Program-made: the position numbers and the translations under genes | DNA from: an uncultured Pseudomonadota bacterium | Lineage (GTDB): Bacteria; Myxococcota_A; Polyangia; Fen-1088 | DNA length: 64,000 nucleotides | Reading direction: 5' to 3' | NCBI GenBank assembly: GCA_963847705.1 | Contig: CAWKBC010000034.1 | Span: forward strand, 32,001 to 96,000 | Shown: positions 51,440-60,783 of the stretch, one piece after another | Position numbering within the stretch: position 1 is the stretch's first letter | Layout: every line of letters begins with the position of its first letter | The notes under the pieces: model-generated | Database searches by the model: none | What the model saw: the letters and a program-made list of their open reading frames with translations, nothing else | Told to the model about the DNA's origin: nothing

Positions 51440-52102
51440 CTAAGTCTCGGGCGCCGTTCGCTTGCGTCCCAGGAAGGCGCCGAAGAGCCCGCCGGTGGTC
51501 AGGATCGCCACCGAGGCCAGCAGCGTCCCGTAGGTTGCCAACACCACCGCCGTCCGAAACGGCTCCCGAAAGGGTGACGGCGGCGCCACGTGGACCGAGA
51601 GGACGCCACCCCGGACCGACGCGCGATCGCGCAGATGCTCGAGCTGCGTTTGCAACTTGTGCTCCCGGTCCTTTTGCGTCGAGAGATCGGCGAGGAGCGC
51701 CAGCGAGCCGACATACTCGCCGTTCGGATCGAACACCGGGTTGGCCGACCCGAGCACCCAGACGGTCGAACCGTCCTTGCGCAACAGCTCGACCTCCTGC
51801 CGATCTTCGATCCCCAGCGCGCGCCGTCTCAAGTTGCGCTGCGCGGCGGGCCATCGCGCGCGATCGATGAAGGAAAAGATCGAAGTCCCGAGCATCTCCC
51901 GCTCCGTGTAGCCGAGCAGATCGGCCAGCCGGCGGTTCACGAACGTGGTTCGGGCCTCGGCGTCTATCAACCAGATCCCCTCGGTGGTCGTCTCCAACAC
52001 CAGATCGGCCACCATACGGCGAACCGTCGCCGAGACGGGCGGGAGATCGCCCGTCGCACCGAGTGAACCTGGCCTGAGCCGCGAGCTGCTGTCGTCGTCC
52101 AT
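51440..52102 (-). CDS. PAS domain protein with C-terminal TM and no output domain
   Basis: EGIWLID..ARTTFVN..LADLLGY, RKDGS.VWV, DLSTQK. Confidence 0.8.
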   Translation of the reverse strand: MDDDSSSRLRPGSLGATGDLPPVSATVRRMVADLVLETTTEGIWLIDAEARTTFVNRRLADLLGYTEREMLGTSIFSFIDRARWPAAQRNLRRRALGIEDRQEVELLRKDGSTVWVLGSANPVFDPNGEYVGSLALLADLSTQKDREHKLQTQLEHLRDRASVRGGVLSVHVAPPSPFREPFRTAVVLATYGTLLASVAILTTGGLFGAFLGRKRTAPET

Positions 52103-52169
52103 GCGCCGCCCCGATGATGACACATCGGATCAACCTGGGCGCTCCAAGGATTTCGGTGAGCGCGGTGGC

Positions 52170-53651
52170 TCAGACCTTCAATTGGATCTGGGTGACGAAG
52201 ACGGTGGCGCTCTGGGTGAACACCCCTGGCGGTGTCGTGTTGGGAGGGAGACCGGAGCTGAGCTGATCGCGCGTGAGGTCGAGCAGCAGGCGCACGTGCG
52301 CGGTGAAGTCGAGGTTGAGCGCGCCGGACAGGAGGTAGCGCTGCCCCCCCGACTGCTGGCGATCGGCGTCCAGCCATTCGAAGCGCACCGTGGGCATGGC
52401 CAGGACGTGGGCGACGGGGAACCGCACCGCGACGATCCCCCAGGCGGCCATGAACGTGCGGGCGTCACCCCGATAGGAGATGTCGGTGCGATCTCCCCAC
52501 AACCACTCCCCGCGCAGCTCGAGGAGCTCGTTGGAGTAGGTCGCGTCGGCGCTGGTGGCCCTGCCCGACGACACCTGGCTCTGCGGCGGAAGATCGACCG
52601 CCGGGGTGCCGTTGGGGCGCCAGGCGACGTCGGCGCCGAGCGAGAGGTGCTTGAGCGGCCGCGACATCAGCCGCGCGGTCAGCAGCAGCGACGGCGCCGC
52701 CAGGTCGGGGCCGGTGTTCGCGTTGCCGGTGGTCCCGGGCAACCCCTCGGCGCCCTCGCCGGCGCCGCCGAACGCGCCCAGATAGACGTGCAACCAGCGC
52801 CGCTTGGGGAGCGGGTTGACGCGCACCATCGCGCCGGCGTCGCGGCCGCCGAACTGCGTGTCCTTGATCAGATTGTCGGTGGGACCGGTGTCGGCCAGCT
52901 CGTACTCGGCGATGGGGAGCAGCTCCAGCAGCGAGTAGGTCCGCTTGAACAGGCCGAAGGTGAGCTCGAAGCGCTTGATCGGCTTGATCTCGCCGTAGGC
53001 CAGCTTCAAGGCCTGCTGCGGGTTCGAATAGGCGAACTCGGCGAAGTCGACCAGCAGCTTGGCCGAGAGCCACCTGTAGGGGTGCACCACGGCCCGCAGG
53101 AAGGCCCGGTTCAGCGCGAACCCGTCGTTGGTCTCGGCGTCCGTGACGCTGGCGTCGTCGAAGACGCGCGTGTACCGGGTCTGCAGCAGCAACCGAAAGG
53201 CGAAGCCCTTCGTCTTGGGGCCGTTCTCCGGCTCGTCGCCGAACGCGTCCCCCTTGGCGTTCGGCCGGGGCGCCAGCTCCTGGTATTCCTCTTCCTCTTC
53301 GTCCGCAGCGGCAGCGTGCTTCTTCTTGCTCTCTTTCGAGATCGCCTTGGCGCTCTCGGTGCTGCTCTCCTCGGTGCTCTCTTCGGGGGCCTCGATCACC
53401 GTGGGCGCCAGTGCCGGTGTCGCCGCAGGCGGGGAAACAGGCGGGACGGGAGGCGGGACAGGCTCCGTCGGCGGTGGGCCCGCGTCGGGCTCCGAGGCCA
53501 CGCCTCCGTCTGGCGCAGACGGCTGCAACGGAGGTGCTCCGAGGTCGGCGTCGGGGGGCGCGCTCGAATCGGCGTCGTCTCGCGCCAGCGCCGGCCCGCC
53601 GAACGCCACCATGGAAGTGAGCAGGAACACAACCTGAAGCAAGAGGCGCAC
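52170..53651 (-). CDS. Porin (OprO/OprP-like beta-barrel)
   Basis: Signal peptide, acidic/Pro-rich linker, LQTRY, F.LNRA.L, GRDAG, C-terminal TQIQLKV. Confidence 0.7.
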   Translation of the reverse strand: MRLLLQVVFLLTSMVAFGGPALARDDADSSAPPDADLGAPPLQPSAPDGGVASEPDAGPPPTEPVPPPVPPVSPPAATPALAPTVIEAPEESTEESSTESAKAISKESKKKHAAAADEEEEEYQELAPRPNAKGDAFGDEPENGPKTKGFAFRLLLQTRYTRVFDDASVTDAETNDGFALNRAFLRAVVHPYRWLSAKLLVDFAEFAYSNPQQALKLAYGEIKPIKRFELTFGLFKRTYSLLELLPIAEYELADTGPTDNLIKDTQFGGRDAGAMVRVNPLPKRRWLHVYLGAFGGAGEGAEGLPGTTGNANTGPDLAAPSLLLTARLMSRPLKHLSLGADVAWRPNGTPAVDLPPQSQVSSGRATSADATYSNELLELRGEWLWGDRTDISYRGDARTFMAAWGIVAVRFPVAHVLAMPTVRFEWLDADRQQSGGQRYLLSGALNLDFTAHVRLLLDLTRDQLSSGLPPNTTPPGVFTQSATVFVTQIQLKV

Positions 53652-53706
53652 GCATCCGAACTAAGAATCAGCGCCGCCGAAGCAAGGGGCTCCTCGCTCC
53701 GGTTGG

Positions 53707-55164
53707 TCAGAATCGAACCAAGAACTGCGCGGGCACCAGCAGGCCGGTCTGCCCGGAGCTGTAGACATAGAGCGCGCTGGTGTAGGGGCAGTTCTTGATC
53801 CCGATCGCCTCGACGCTGAGCCAGACCTGCCGGGTGGCAAAAGGGTACCAGTGGGCGCCGACCGCACCCTCGACGGCGGTGGCGAACGGACCTGCCACCA
53901 AGGAGCTCCGGAGGTACGGCTCCAATCTCTTTGGAAGGGCGAAGTATCCCAGCGAGGCGTCGAAGCCCCAGTCGAACATGCTGGTGATCGGCAGCGGCCC
54001 GTCGGCCTCGAAGTTGTCCAGCCAACGAAACGCGAACTCGGCGTTGAGCGCGAAGCCCCGATATTTGAGACCGGCGTCGACGGCGTAGAGGTAGTAGCTG
54101 GCCAGCGAGACGGTGACGTTGGGCGCCAGCGTGCCCGTTCCGAACAGCAGGGTGCCGTCCGATATGTACGTCGAGTTGTTCTCCGGGTTGGCCTCCGACA
54201 GATCGGAGAGGCGATCCTCGCGCGCGTAGGTGAAGGCGGTGCCGAGGCGCAAGGAGGGCGACTGGTGGTGCTCGTAGTCGTTCCAGGCCTTGCCGAAGCT
54301 GTTGATGTCGTACCAGAGCGAGACGGCGTAGGCGAACCGGTAGTCGATCCGCGAGGCGGCGATGTTGAGCGTGTTGAGCGAGTTGCCGATCATCGCGATG
54401 TAGTTGAGGCCGGGAAGCGGCTCGCCGGTGGCCCAGACGCCCTGGGTAAATCCGGGACGAAAGTAGTTCACCTCCATGCTGCGATCGGTGCCTGCAAAAT
54501 AGGGGTAGGTGCCGGTCATGGCGCGCAGGCTGGGCAACGAAAAGAAACCCGCCTGGAGCGCGAAGGCCTTGTGGAACCGATACCCGACAAACCCGGCCGC
54601 CGCGGCCGTCAGGTCAGCCGACGAGGTGTAGAGGATGATGTTGTACTCGAGCCGTTTGTCGAAGACGTAGCCCGAGAAGTAGAAGACGTCGCGCGTGAGC
54701 TGAAAGTCGTTGCGCTTGTTGACGTCCTTCACCTCGCCGAGGTGGGTGACGTAGGTCGGGTGCACCGCCAGCGTGTTGGTGTACTTGAACTGGGACACGT
54801 GATTGAGCTTCAGCAGATAGGGCAGCGGCGCCGAGTCCGGGCTGGAGACCAAGACGAACCCTTCGTCGTAGTGCGGTGGCTGCCAGATCCCGACCGGCTT
54901 GTTGACGTCGGCAGGCTTCTGCTCTGACGGCGCCGGCGAAGGCGCGGCCGGCAGTGCCTGCGTGGAGATGCCGGACGTCGTGGGCGAGGCGGGCGCCGCG
55001 GGCAACGGACTCGCCACCGGCGCGACGGGTCCATCCGCTGGCGCGCCAGCATCGGACGTCGCCGCCGGAGGGCTCGTCGGCCTACCTGCGTCGAGATCCC
55101 CCGGCGCTCCCGCTTGCGCCACCATCGCCGAGAGCAGCAGCGCGGCCCCCAACGCCGCGGTCAC
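53707..55164 (-). CDS. Putative outer-membrane porin-like protein
   Basis: Signal peptide, aromatic-rich beta strands, C-terminal Phe. GTG start overlaps the patatin stop (GTGA). Confidence 0.65.
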   Translation of the reverse strand: MTAALGAALLLSAMVAQAGAPGDLDAGRPTSPPAATSDAGAPADGPVAPVASPLPAAPASPTTSGISTQALPAAPSPAPSEQKPADVNKPVGIWQPPHYDEGFVLVSSPDSAPLPYLLKLNHVSQFKYTNTLAVHPTYVTHLGEVKDVNKRNDFQLTRDVFYFSGYVFDKRLEYNIILYTSSADLTAAAAGFVGYRFHKAFALQAGFFSLPSLRAMTGTYPYFAGTDRSMEVNYFRPGFTQGVWATGEPLPGLNYIAMIGNSLNTLNIAASRIDYRFAYAVSLWYDINSFGKAWNDYEHHQSPSLRLGTAFTYAREDRLSDLSEANPENNSTYISDGTLLFGTGTLAPNVTVSLASYYLYAVDAGLKYRGFALNAEFAFRWLDNFEADGPLPITSMFDWGFDASLGYFALPKRLEPYLRSSLVAGPFATAVEGAVGAHWYPFATRQVWLSVEAIGIKNCPYTSALYVYSSGQTGLLVPAQFLVRF

Positions 55165-56363
55165 GACGGCCGTCCCGAGCCGATCTGCGCGCCGTCGTCG
55201 GCCACCTCGTCCGCGAACGGTTGATCGAGCGGGAGCCCGACGCCGTCCATCTCCGCGAGGAAGGCGGTGGCCCGGGCCTCTCCGTCGGCGATCAACCGGT
55301 CGATGTGCGCGGGGAGGCGCGACATCTTGCTCGGGTAGTCCAGCGTCTCCTGCAGCTCCTGCGACATGCGGATGAAGCGCACGGTGATCCGCTCCGTCGT
55401 GTCGAGCCCGAAGCTGGTGCGGAAGCCAGGCGTGAGCGCGCCTTCTTTCAGCAGCATGTTCACCATGTCGATCACCTCCAGCTCGTGCTGGAGGCTCAGG
55501 TTTCCGGCCAGATCGTTGCGGCGATCGGAGATCTCGCTCGGTGCCTCGGGGACCCCCTGCCGCTTCGTGCGATTGACCTGAATGACCCAGATCTCGTCGG
55601 GGATCTTCCCCTTCCCCATCAGCGCCGCCCGCAAGAAGGAGATCACGGGTGGGTTCGAGGCGAAGATGCCGTCCCAGTAGGCGTGCCCTCCGATCTGCAC
55701 CGCCGGAAACAGGTTCGGGATCGCGGCCGAGGCGAGCACGGCCTCGACGGAGATCTCGCTCAGCGCGGAGCTGAAGATCTTGAAGCTCCCTTCGAGAATG
55801 TCCCCCGCCCCGAGCAGCAGCGTCGGGCTCTCCGAATCGACGAGCCCGGGGAGCGCCTGGAAGTCGATGTGCTTGGCCAGCAACGCGCGCAAATCTGTAA
55901 ACTCCTGACGACCGATCAGCAGCGAGGTTGCCCCCGCCCACAGCTGGAACTGCAGCGACGAGGGGCTCCTGGCGATGGTCGGCAAGAGCCCATGCTCGGC
56001 CAGCCGGACCATCTGGGTGCAGACCCCGTCGAGGAGGACCTCGCGCGGCGTCTGCGCCGACAGATCCTTCCAGCAGGCGATGATCCGATCTTCGATGGGC
56101 GTCCGATCGCCGCGCGCCCGCAGCAGAAGTCCCACCCAGGCCAGGGCCGCCGTGAGGGCGCCGCCCGAGGTTCCGCTCAGCCCGACGATCTTGAATCGAT
56201 CCTGAACTCCCCGCCCGAACAGGGTCTTGAGCGCGCCGGCGACGAAGGCGCACTGACTCCCCCCGCCCTGACAAGCGATGGCGATACGTTTGTTTCCCAC
56301 AGGTCTCCTCTGTAAGCCGTCGGATGGACCGTTCCCTTGTGGGGTCGCCACCCGCTCTGTCAA
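55161..56363 (-). CDS. Patatin-like phospholipase (candidate PHA depolymerase, PhaZh1-like)
   Basis: IACQGGG, GTSGG nucleophile, SAAIP, YWDG; divergent from the pha genes. Confidence 0.85.
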   Translation of the reverse strand: MTERVATPQGNGPSDGLQRRPVGNKRIAIACQGGGSQCAFVAGALKTLFGRGVQDRFKIVGLSGTSGGALTAALAWVGLLLRARGDRTPIEDRIIACWKDLSAQTPREVLLDGVCTQMVRLAEHGLLPTIARSPSSLQFQLWAGATSLLIGRQEFTDLRALLAKHIDFQALPGLVDSESPTLLLGAGDILEGSFKIFSSALSEISVEAVLASAAIPNLFPAVQIGGHAYWDGIFASNPPVISFLRAALMGKGKIPDEIWVIQVNRTKRQGVPEAPSEISDRRNDLAGNLSLQHELEVIDMVNMLLKEGALTPGFRTSFGLDTTERITVRFIRMSQELQETLDYPSKMSRLPAHIDRLIADGEARATAFLAEMDGVGLPLDQPFADEVADDGAQIGSGRPS

Positions 56364-56509
56364 CGCGGGCGGGTGACATTGCGCCGAAGGATGACGTTAG
56401 CGGTGGTTGCCCTACTGGTCGTTGGGCAGGTCCGACGCCATTGTTTGGCGGGCCAGCTGATCCACGGAAGTCGTGAGCTCCCGAGAGCCCTAATGACAAG
56501 GAGGGGTAC

Positions 56510-56929
56510 ATGAGTGACCAAATGTTCGACACGTTTCGCAAGGCGTCCGAGTCCTGGGTGAAGATGCAGCAGGACCTGTTTCAAACCGGCGCGCCGGCGT
56601 CGTTTTTCACTCCGCCCCAGGGGGCGGGCGTCGCGCCCGAATGGGCCCGCAACGCCCAGAAGAAATGCATCGATCTGGCGGCGGAGATCCTGGAACGGCA
56701 GCGTGAGTCGGTCGACGCGCTGTTCAAGTCGTCGATCAACCTGCTGCAGCAGACATCGCAGATCTCCGAAGCGAAGTCGTCGGAGGACTATCGCCGCGCG
56801 GCGGAGGATCTCTGGCGCAAGTGGTTCGAGAGCGTCAAGAGCCACTCTGAGACCCAGTTCCGGGACGTTCAGACGTTCGCGGGGAAGTCGCTGGAGATCG
56901 TTCAAAGCGCGCAGAATGCGCAGGCCTGA
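56510..56929 (+). CDS. Phasin-like helical protein 1
   Basis: AGGAGG RBS; amphipathic helical 139 aa; pha context; paralog of the next ORF. Confidence 0.6.
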   Translation: MSDQMFDTFRKASESWVKMQQDLFQTGAPASFFTPPQGAGVAPEWARNAQKKCIDLAAEILERQRESVDALFKSSINLLQQTSQISEAKSSEDYRRAAEDLWRKWFESVKSHSETQFRDVQTFAGKSLEIVQSAQNAQA

Positions 56930-57003
56930 GGCCGCCTATCGGGCGGCACCTCGTCGGGGCATGGTTCGCTTCGCTCACCGTTCGCCTTTCGGCGACGCTC
57001 TCC
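56925..57003. repeat. Structured REP-like dispersed repeat, copy 2 (inverted relative to copy 1)
   Basis: CCTGAGGCCGCCTATCGGGCGGC...GTTCGCTTCGCTCACCG.TCGCCTTTCGGCGA matches the reverse complement of 35157-35241. Confidence 0.85.
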
Positions 57004-57102
57004 CAGGAAATCGGTAGTTCTCCCTAATTGCGGTCCCACTTCCTGCCCTTACCATCCGAGCCGCCAACGACGATCACCCACCGCAAACGAATCGGAGAGG
57101 CC

Positions 57103-57513
57103 ATGGACGACCAACTTTTCGACAGCTTCCGCAAAGCTTCGGAGTCCTCGCTGCACATGCAGCAGGAGATCCTGAAGCACTGGACCGAGCGCTGGGCCGC
57201 CGGCGCTCTCCAGACCCCGAACGCCTCCAGCGAGGCGAGTCAACGCGCTCAGAAACGCTGGCTGGCGCTGGGGATCGAGCTGCTCAACAAGCACCGGGCG
57301 GCGCTCGATGGAACGTACGCCGCCGGCATCCAGCTCATCGAGCGCTCCTTTGCCGCGGCGGAGGCCAGATCGCCCGAGGAGTACCGGCGCCTGACCGAGG
57401 AGCTCTGGCGCAAGTTGTTCGACACCTACAAGAGCCAGGCCGAAGCGCAGTTCGACGCCTTCAAGAACTGGTCCACCAAGTCGGCCGAAGCCGTTCAAGA
57501 TGCCCGAACGTAG
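57103..57513 (+). CDS. Phasin-like helical protein 2
   Basis: GGAGAGG RBS; shares DQ.FD.FRKASES...MQQ and S.E.YRR..E.LWRK.F with ORF 56510. Confidence 0.6.
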   Translation: MDDQLFDSFRKASESSLHMQQEILKHWTERWAAGALQTPNASSEASQRAQKRWLALGIELLNKHRAALDGTYAAGIQLIERSFAAAEARSPEEYRRLTEELWRKLFDTYKSQAEAQFDAFKNWSTKSAEAVQDART

Positions 57514-57760
57514 CCACCCCGCTGCCTACGTCGAACAGTGGTTCGACTCGTGGCGCAACGCCAGCGCACTCGGGTGGGACTACCTGGAGACGCTGTGCGG
57601 CCTTCGCCCGCCGCAACGCCTGCGAAACCGCCTGCTCGCGGAGGCCAGGCAGACGGCGGCCGAGTACCTGAGGTCCCCCGCCTTCCTCGAATTGATGCGC
57701 GTGAACTTGAGCGCAATGACCATTTCCAGCCGTTTGATCCAGCCATTCCGAATCCACTAG
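57500..57760 (+). CDS. Small protein, possible minimal PhaE/PhaR-subunit-like
   Basis: 86 aa filling the gap before phaB; EYLRSPAFLELM resembles a segment of short PhaE-type subunits (from memory). Confidence 0.45.
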   Translation: MPERSHPAAYVEQWFDSWRNASALGWDYLETLCGLRPPQRLRNRLLAEARQTAAEYLRSPAFLELMRVNLSAMTISSRLIQPFRIH

Positions 57761-57770
57761 GAGTCTTTCC

Positions 57771-58562
57771 ATGACCGTCGCGTTTCGAGAAGCCGCATCG
57801 AACCTGCTTCCGATCTTCAGTGTGTTGGGGAAGAAGGCCTTCGTCACCGGGGGCTCGCGCGGCATAGGCCGGGCCTGCGCCCTGACCCTGGCCGCCGCCG
57901 GCGCCGACGTGGCCATCGGCTCGAGCGCCGCCGGCGTCGAGTCGGCCGAGGCGGTCTGCCGCGAGATCCGCGAGCTGGGACGGCGCGCCGACGCCTACCC
58001 CTGCGACGTGGGGACCCGCGGCGCGGTGAAGACGATGTGCGCCCGCGTGACCGAGGAGTTCGAGACCATCGACATCCTGGTGAACAACGCCGGCGTCACC
58101 AGAGATGGCCTCTTTCGCAAGATGGACCGCGAGGCCTGGGACACGGTGATCAACACCAACCTCAACAGCGTCTTCGAGATCACGCAAAACTTCATCGAGC
58201 CGATGGCCGCGCGCGGATGGGGGCGGGTCATCAACATCTCCAGCATCGTCGGCCAGATCGGCAACTTCGGTCAGGCCAACTACGCCGCCGCCAAGGCCGG
58301 GCTCATCGGGCTGACCAAGACGCTGGCCCGCGAGTACGCCCGCAAGGGCGTCACCGTGAACGCCATCGCGCCCGGCTTCGTCAAGACGCGCATGCTCGAC
58401 GGCGTCCCCGACAAGGCGCTGCAGTCGGTCCTCGACATCACGCCGGTGGGGCGGCTGGGGGAGCCGATGGAGATCGGGGCCAGCGTCCTCTACCTCGCTT
58501 CGCCGTCGGCCAGCTTCGTCACCGGTCACGTGCTGGACGTCAACGGCGGCATGGCGATGTAG
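57771..58562 (+). CDS. phaB: Acetoacetyl-CoA reductase (PhaB/FabG-type)
   Basis: TGGSRGIG, NNAGVTRD, GNFGQANYAAAK, NGGMAM; adjacent to phaC. Confidence 0.85.
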   Translation: MTVAFREAASNLLPIFSVLGKKAFVTGGSRGIGRACALTLAAAGADVAIGSSAAGVESAEAVCREIRELGRRADAYPCDVGTRGAVKTMCARVTEEFETIDILVNNAGVTRDGLFRKMDREAWDTVINTNLNSVFEITQNFIEPMAARGWGRVINISSIVGQIGNFGQANYAAAKAGLIGLTKTLAREYARKGVTVNAIAPGFVKTRMLDGVPDKALQSVLDITPVGRLGEPMEIGASVLYLASPSASFVTGHVLDVNGGMAM

Positions 58563-58616
58563 CGACGGAACCATCGGGACGCACTCGGGCGAGGGGAAAG
58601 CCAGCTGGCGACGACG

Positions 58617-59771
58617 ATGGCGACGACGACGGCGACGACAGAGCCGACGGCGAAGGACGACCAGGGTCCGCCTCCGCTGTTCGCCGAACAGCGGAAGATG
58701 TGGAGTCGGCTGTGGAGCGTTCCCAGCGTCTTCCGGCAGGCGCGCGAGACGCGGGTCGGCACCTCCGCCGCGGAGGTGGTGCTCAGGGAGGGGACGCACA
58801 AGCTGCTCCACTACCGGCGGGAGACGCCGGCCAGCTACGCCGAGCCGGTGCTGTTCTGTTACGCGCTGGTCAACCGCCCTTACATCCTCGACCTGCAGCC
58901 GGACAAGAGCGTCGTTCAGCAGTACTTGAAGCAGGGCTTCGAGGTCTACCTGATCGACTGGGGCGTCCCCACCGACGCCGACCGCGGCCTCGGCCTCGAG
59001 CACTACGTCTGCGGATTTCTCCAGCGCGCGGTCGAGTGGATCCGCGAGCGCCAGGCGAGCGAGCGCCTGCATCTGCTCGGCTACTGCATGGGCGGGACGA
59101 TGGCCGCGCTCTTGACGGCGCTGCGCCCCGAGCTGGTCCGGTCGCTCACCTTGCTGGCGGCCCCCATCGACTTCGTGGGGCAGGAGGCGCTTCTCAATCT
59201 CTGGACCGACCGGAGCCACTTCGACGTCGACGCCCTGGTCGACGCCTACGGCAACTGCCCCGCCTGGTTTCTCCAGGCCTGCTTTCTCTTCATGAACCCC
59301 ATCGCCAACCTGATCGAAAAGAACCTCTCGTTCTACGAGCAGATGGACGATCCGCGCAGCATGACCAACCACTTCGCGCTCGAGAGCTGGGTCAACGACG
59401 GCATCCCCGTGGCCGGCGCGGCCTTTCGCGAGTTCGTCAAGAGCCTCTACCAGCGCAACCTGCTGGTGAAAGGCGAGCTGTCGCTGGGCGGCCGGCGGGT
59501 CGATCTCGCCCGCATCACCTGCCCGCTGCTGCTCTTGACCGCCAAGAACGATCACCTGGTCAACCCGGCGTCGACGGAAGGAATTCGCCCCCACGTCGGG
59601 ACGTCCGACATCGAATCGATGGAGATCGGCGCTGGCCACGTCGGCCTGGTGGTCAGCAGCCGTGCACACAAATCCTTCTGGCCTGCGGCGACGCGCTGGC
59701 TGGGCGACCGCTCGACACCGCTGCGCGGCGGCCGCGAACGCCACACGAACGCCAGCCAGACGAACACTTAG
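58617..59771 (+). CDS. phaC: Class III polyhydroxyalkanoate synthase subunit PhaC
   Basis: YALVNRPYILDLQP..S, DWG, lipase box GYCMGG, catalytic D (NDHLV) and H (GHVG); ~380 aa. Confidence 0.93.
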   Translation: MATTTATTEPTAKDDQGPPPLFAEQRKMWSRLWSVPSVFRQARETRVGTSAAEVVLREGTHKLLHYRRETPASYAEPVLFCYALVNRPYILDLQPDKSVVQQYLKQGFEVYLIDWGVPTDADRGLGLEHYVCGFLQRAVEWIRERQASERLHLLGYCMGGTMAALLTALRPELVRSLTLLAAPIDFVGQEALLNLWTDRSHFDVDALVDAYGNCPAWFLQACFLFMNPIANLIEKNLSFYEQMDDPRSMTNHFALESWVNDGIPVAGAAFREFVKSLYQRNLLVKGELSLGGRRVDLARITCPLLLLTAKNDHLVNPASTEGIRPHVGTSDIESMEIGAGHVGLVVSSRAHKSFWPAATRWLGDRSTPLRGGRERHTNASQTNT

Positions 59772-59782
59772 GAGCATCAGCC

Positions 59783-60772
59783 ATGAGCATTCGGATTTCG
59801 GGCATCGGGGGGTACGTGCCAAGCAAGACGGTGACGAACCACGAGCTGGCGATGCGCATCGACACCTCGCACGAGTGGATCGCCGCCAAGACCGGGATCG
59901 TCGAGCGCCGGGTCTCGGACGAAAAGGAGGCGCCCAGCGACATGGGGTGTGAGGCGGCCCGGCGCTGCCTGGCCCACGCCGGAGTCGAGAAGTCGGAGGT
60001 CGACCTCATCGTGGTCGCCTGCGCCACCCCCGACCAGTCTCAGCCCGCCGTCGCCTGCATGGTCCAGGAGAAGCTGGGCGTGGCCGACCGCCAGTGTCCC
60101 GCGTTCGACGTGAACTCCGTCTGCGCCGGCTTCGTCTTTTCCCTCAACGTCGCGCAGAGCATGATGCTGACGGCGCCCACCAAGTATCGCCACGCGCTGG
60201 TGATCGGCACCGACGCCTTCTCCAAGATCATGAACTGGCACGATCGGCGGACCTGCGTCTTCTTCGGCGACGGCGCCGGGGCGGTGCTGCTGTCGCAGTC
60301 CGACGCGGGGCACGCCCGCATCCGGTTCCACCTGGGGAGCGACGGGCGCGGCAGCCGCCACATCGAGGTGCCGGGCGGCGGCACCCGGATGCCGATCAGC
60401 CCGGAGGTGCTGGAGAAGCGCCTCAACACCTTCGTCATGAACGGCCCCAAGGTCTGGGACTTCGCCGTCGACACAGTCCCGCGCGTCGTTCGTTCACTGC
60501 TGGCCGAGCACGACCTGACGCCCTCCGATCTCGACCTCATCGTCCTGCACCAGAGCAACCTCCGCATGCTGGAGGCGATCATGCGCTCGCTGGAGATCCC
60601 CATGGACCGGACGGTCACCACCGTCGAGACCTACGGCAACACCGCGGCGGCCAGCATCCCGTTGACGCTGCAGAAGGCTTCCCAGGCCGGGAAGCTGGTG
60701 CCGGGGTCGAAGGTCATGCTGTGCGGGTTCGGCGGCGGTCTCTCCTGGGGCGCGGCGCTGCTCGACTGGTGA
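59783..60772 (+). CDS. KAS III family condensing enzyme (FabH/NphT7-like; candidate acetoacetyl-CoA synthase)
   Basis: Catalytic C-H-N triad in VCAG, HQSN and YGNT; FGDGAGA; GFGGGLSWG. Confidence 0.9.
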   Translation: MSIRISGIGGYVPSKTVTNHELAMRIDTSHEWIAAKTGIVERRVSDEKEAPSDMGCEAARRCLAHAGVEKSEVDLIVVACATPDQSQPAVACMVQEKLGVADRQCPAFDVNSVCAGFVFSLNVAQSMMLTAPTKYRHALVIGTDAFSKIMNWHDRRTCVFFGDGAGAVLLSQSDAGHARIRFHLGSDGRGSRHIEVPGGGTRMPISPEVLEKRLNTFVMNGPKVWDFAVDTVPRVVRSLLAEHDLTPSDLDLIVLHQSNLRMLEAIMRSLEIPMDRTVTTVETYGNTAAASIPLTLQKASQAGKLVPGSKVMLCGFGGGLSWGAALLDW

Positions 60773-60783
60773 AGGAGGCCACC

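Noticed and set aside
58037-60772. Apparent 911-aa fusion protein ending in KAS III, and similar long N-terminal extensions (53707..56541, 60094..61542, 1234..2511)
   Set aside because: The extensions are alternative-frame read-through of upstream genes; true starts have their own RBS or stop/start overlap.
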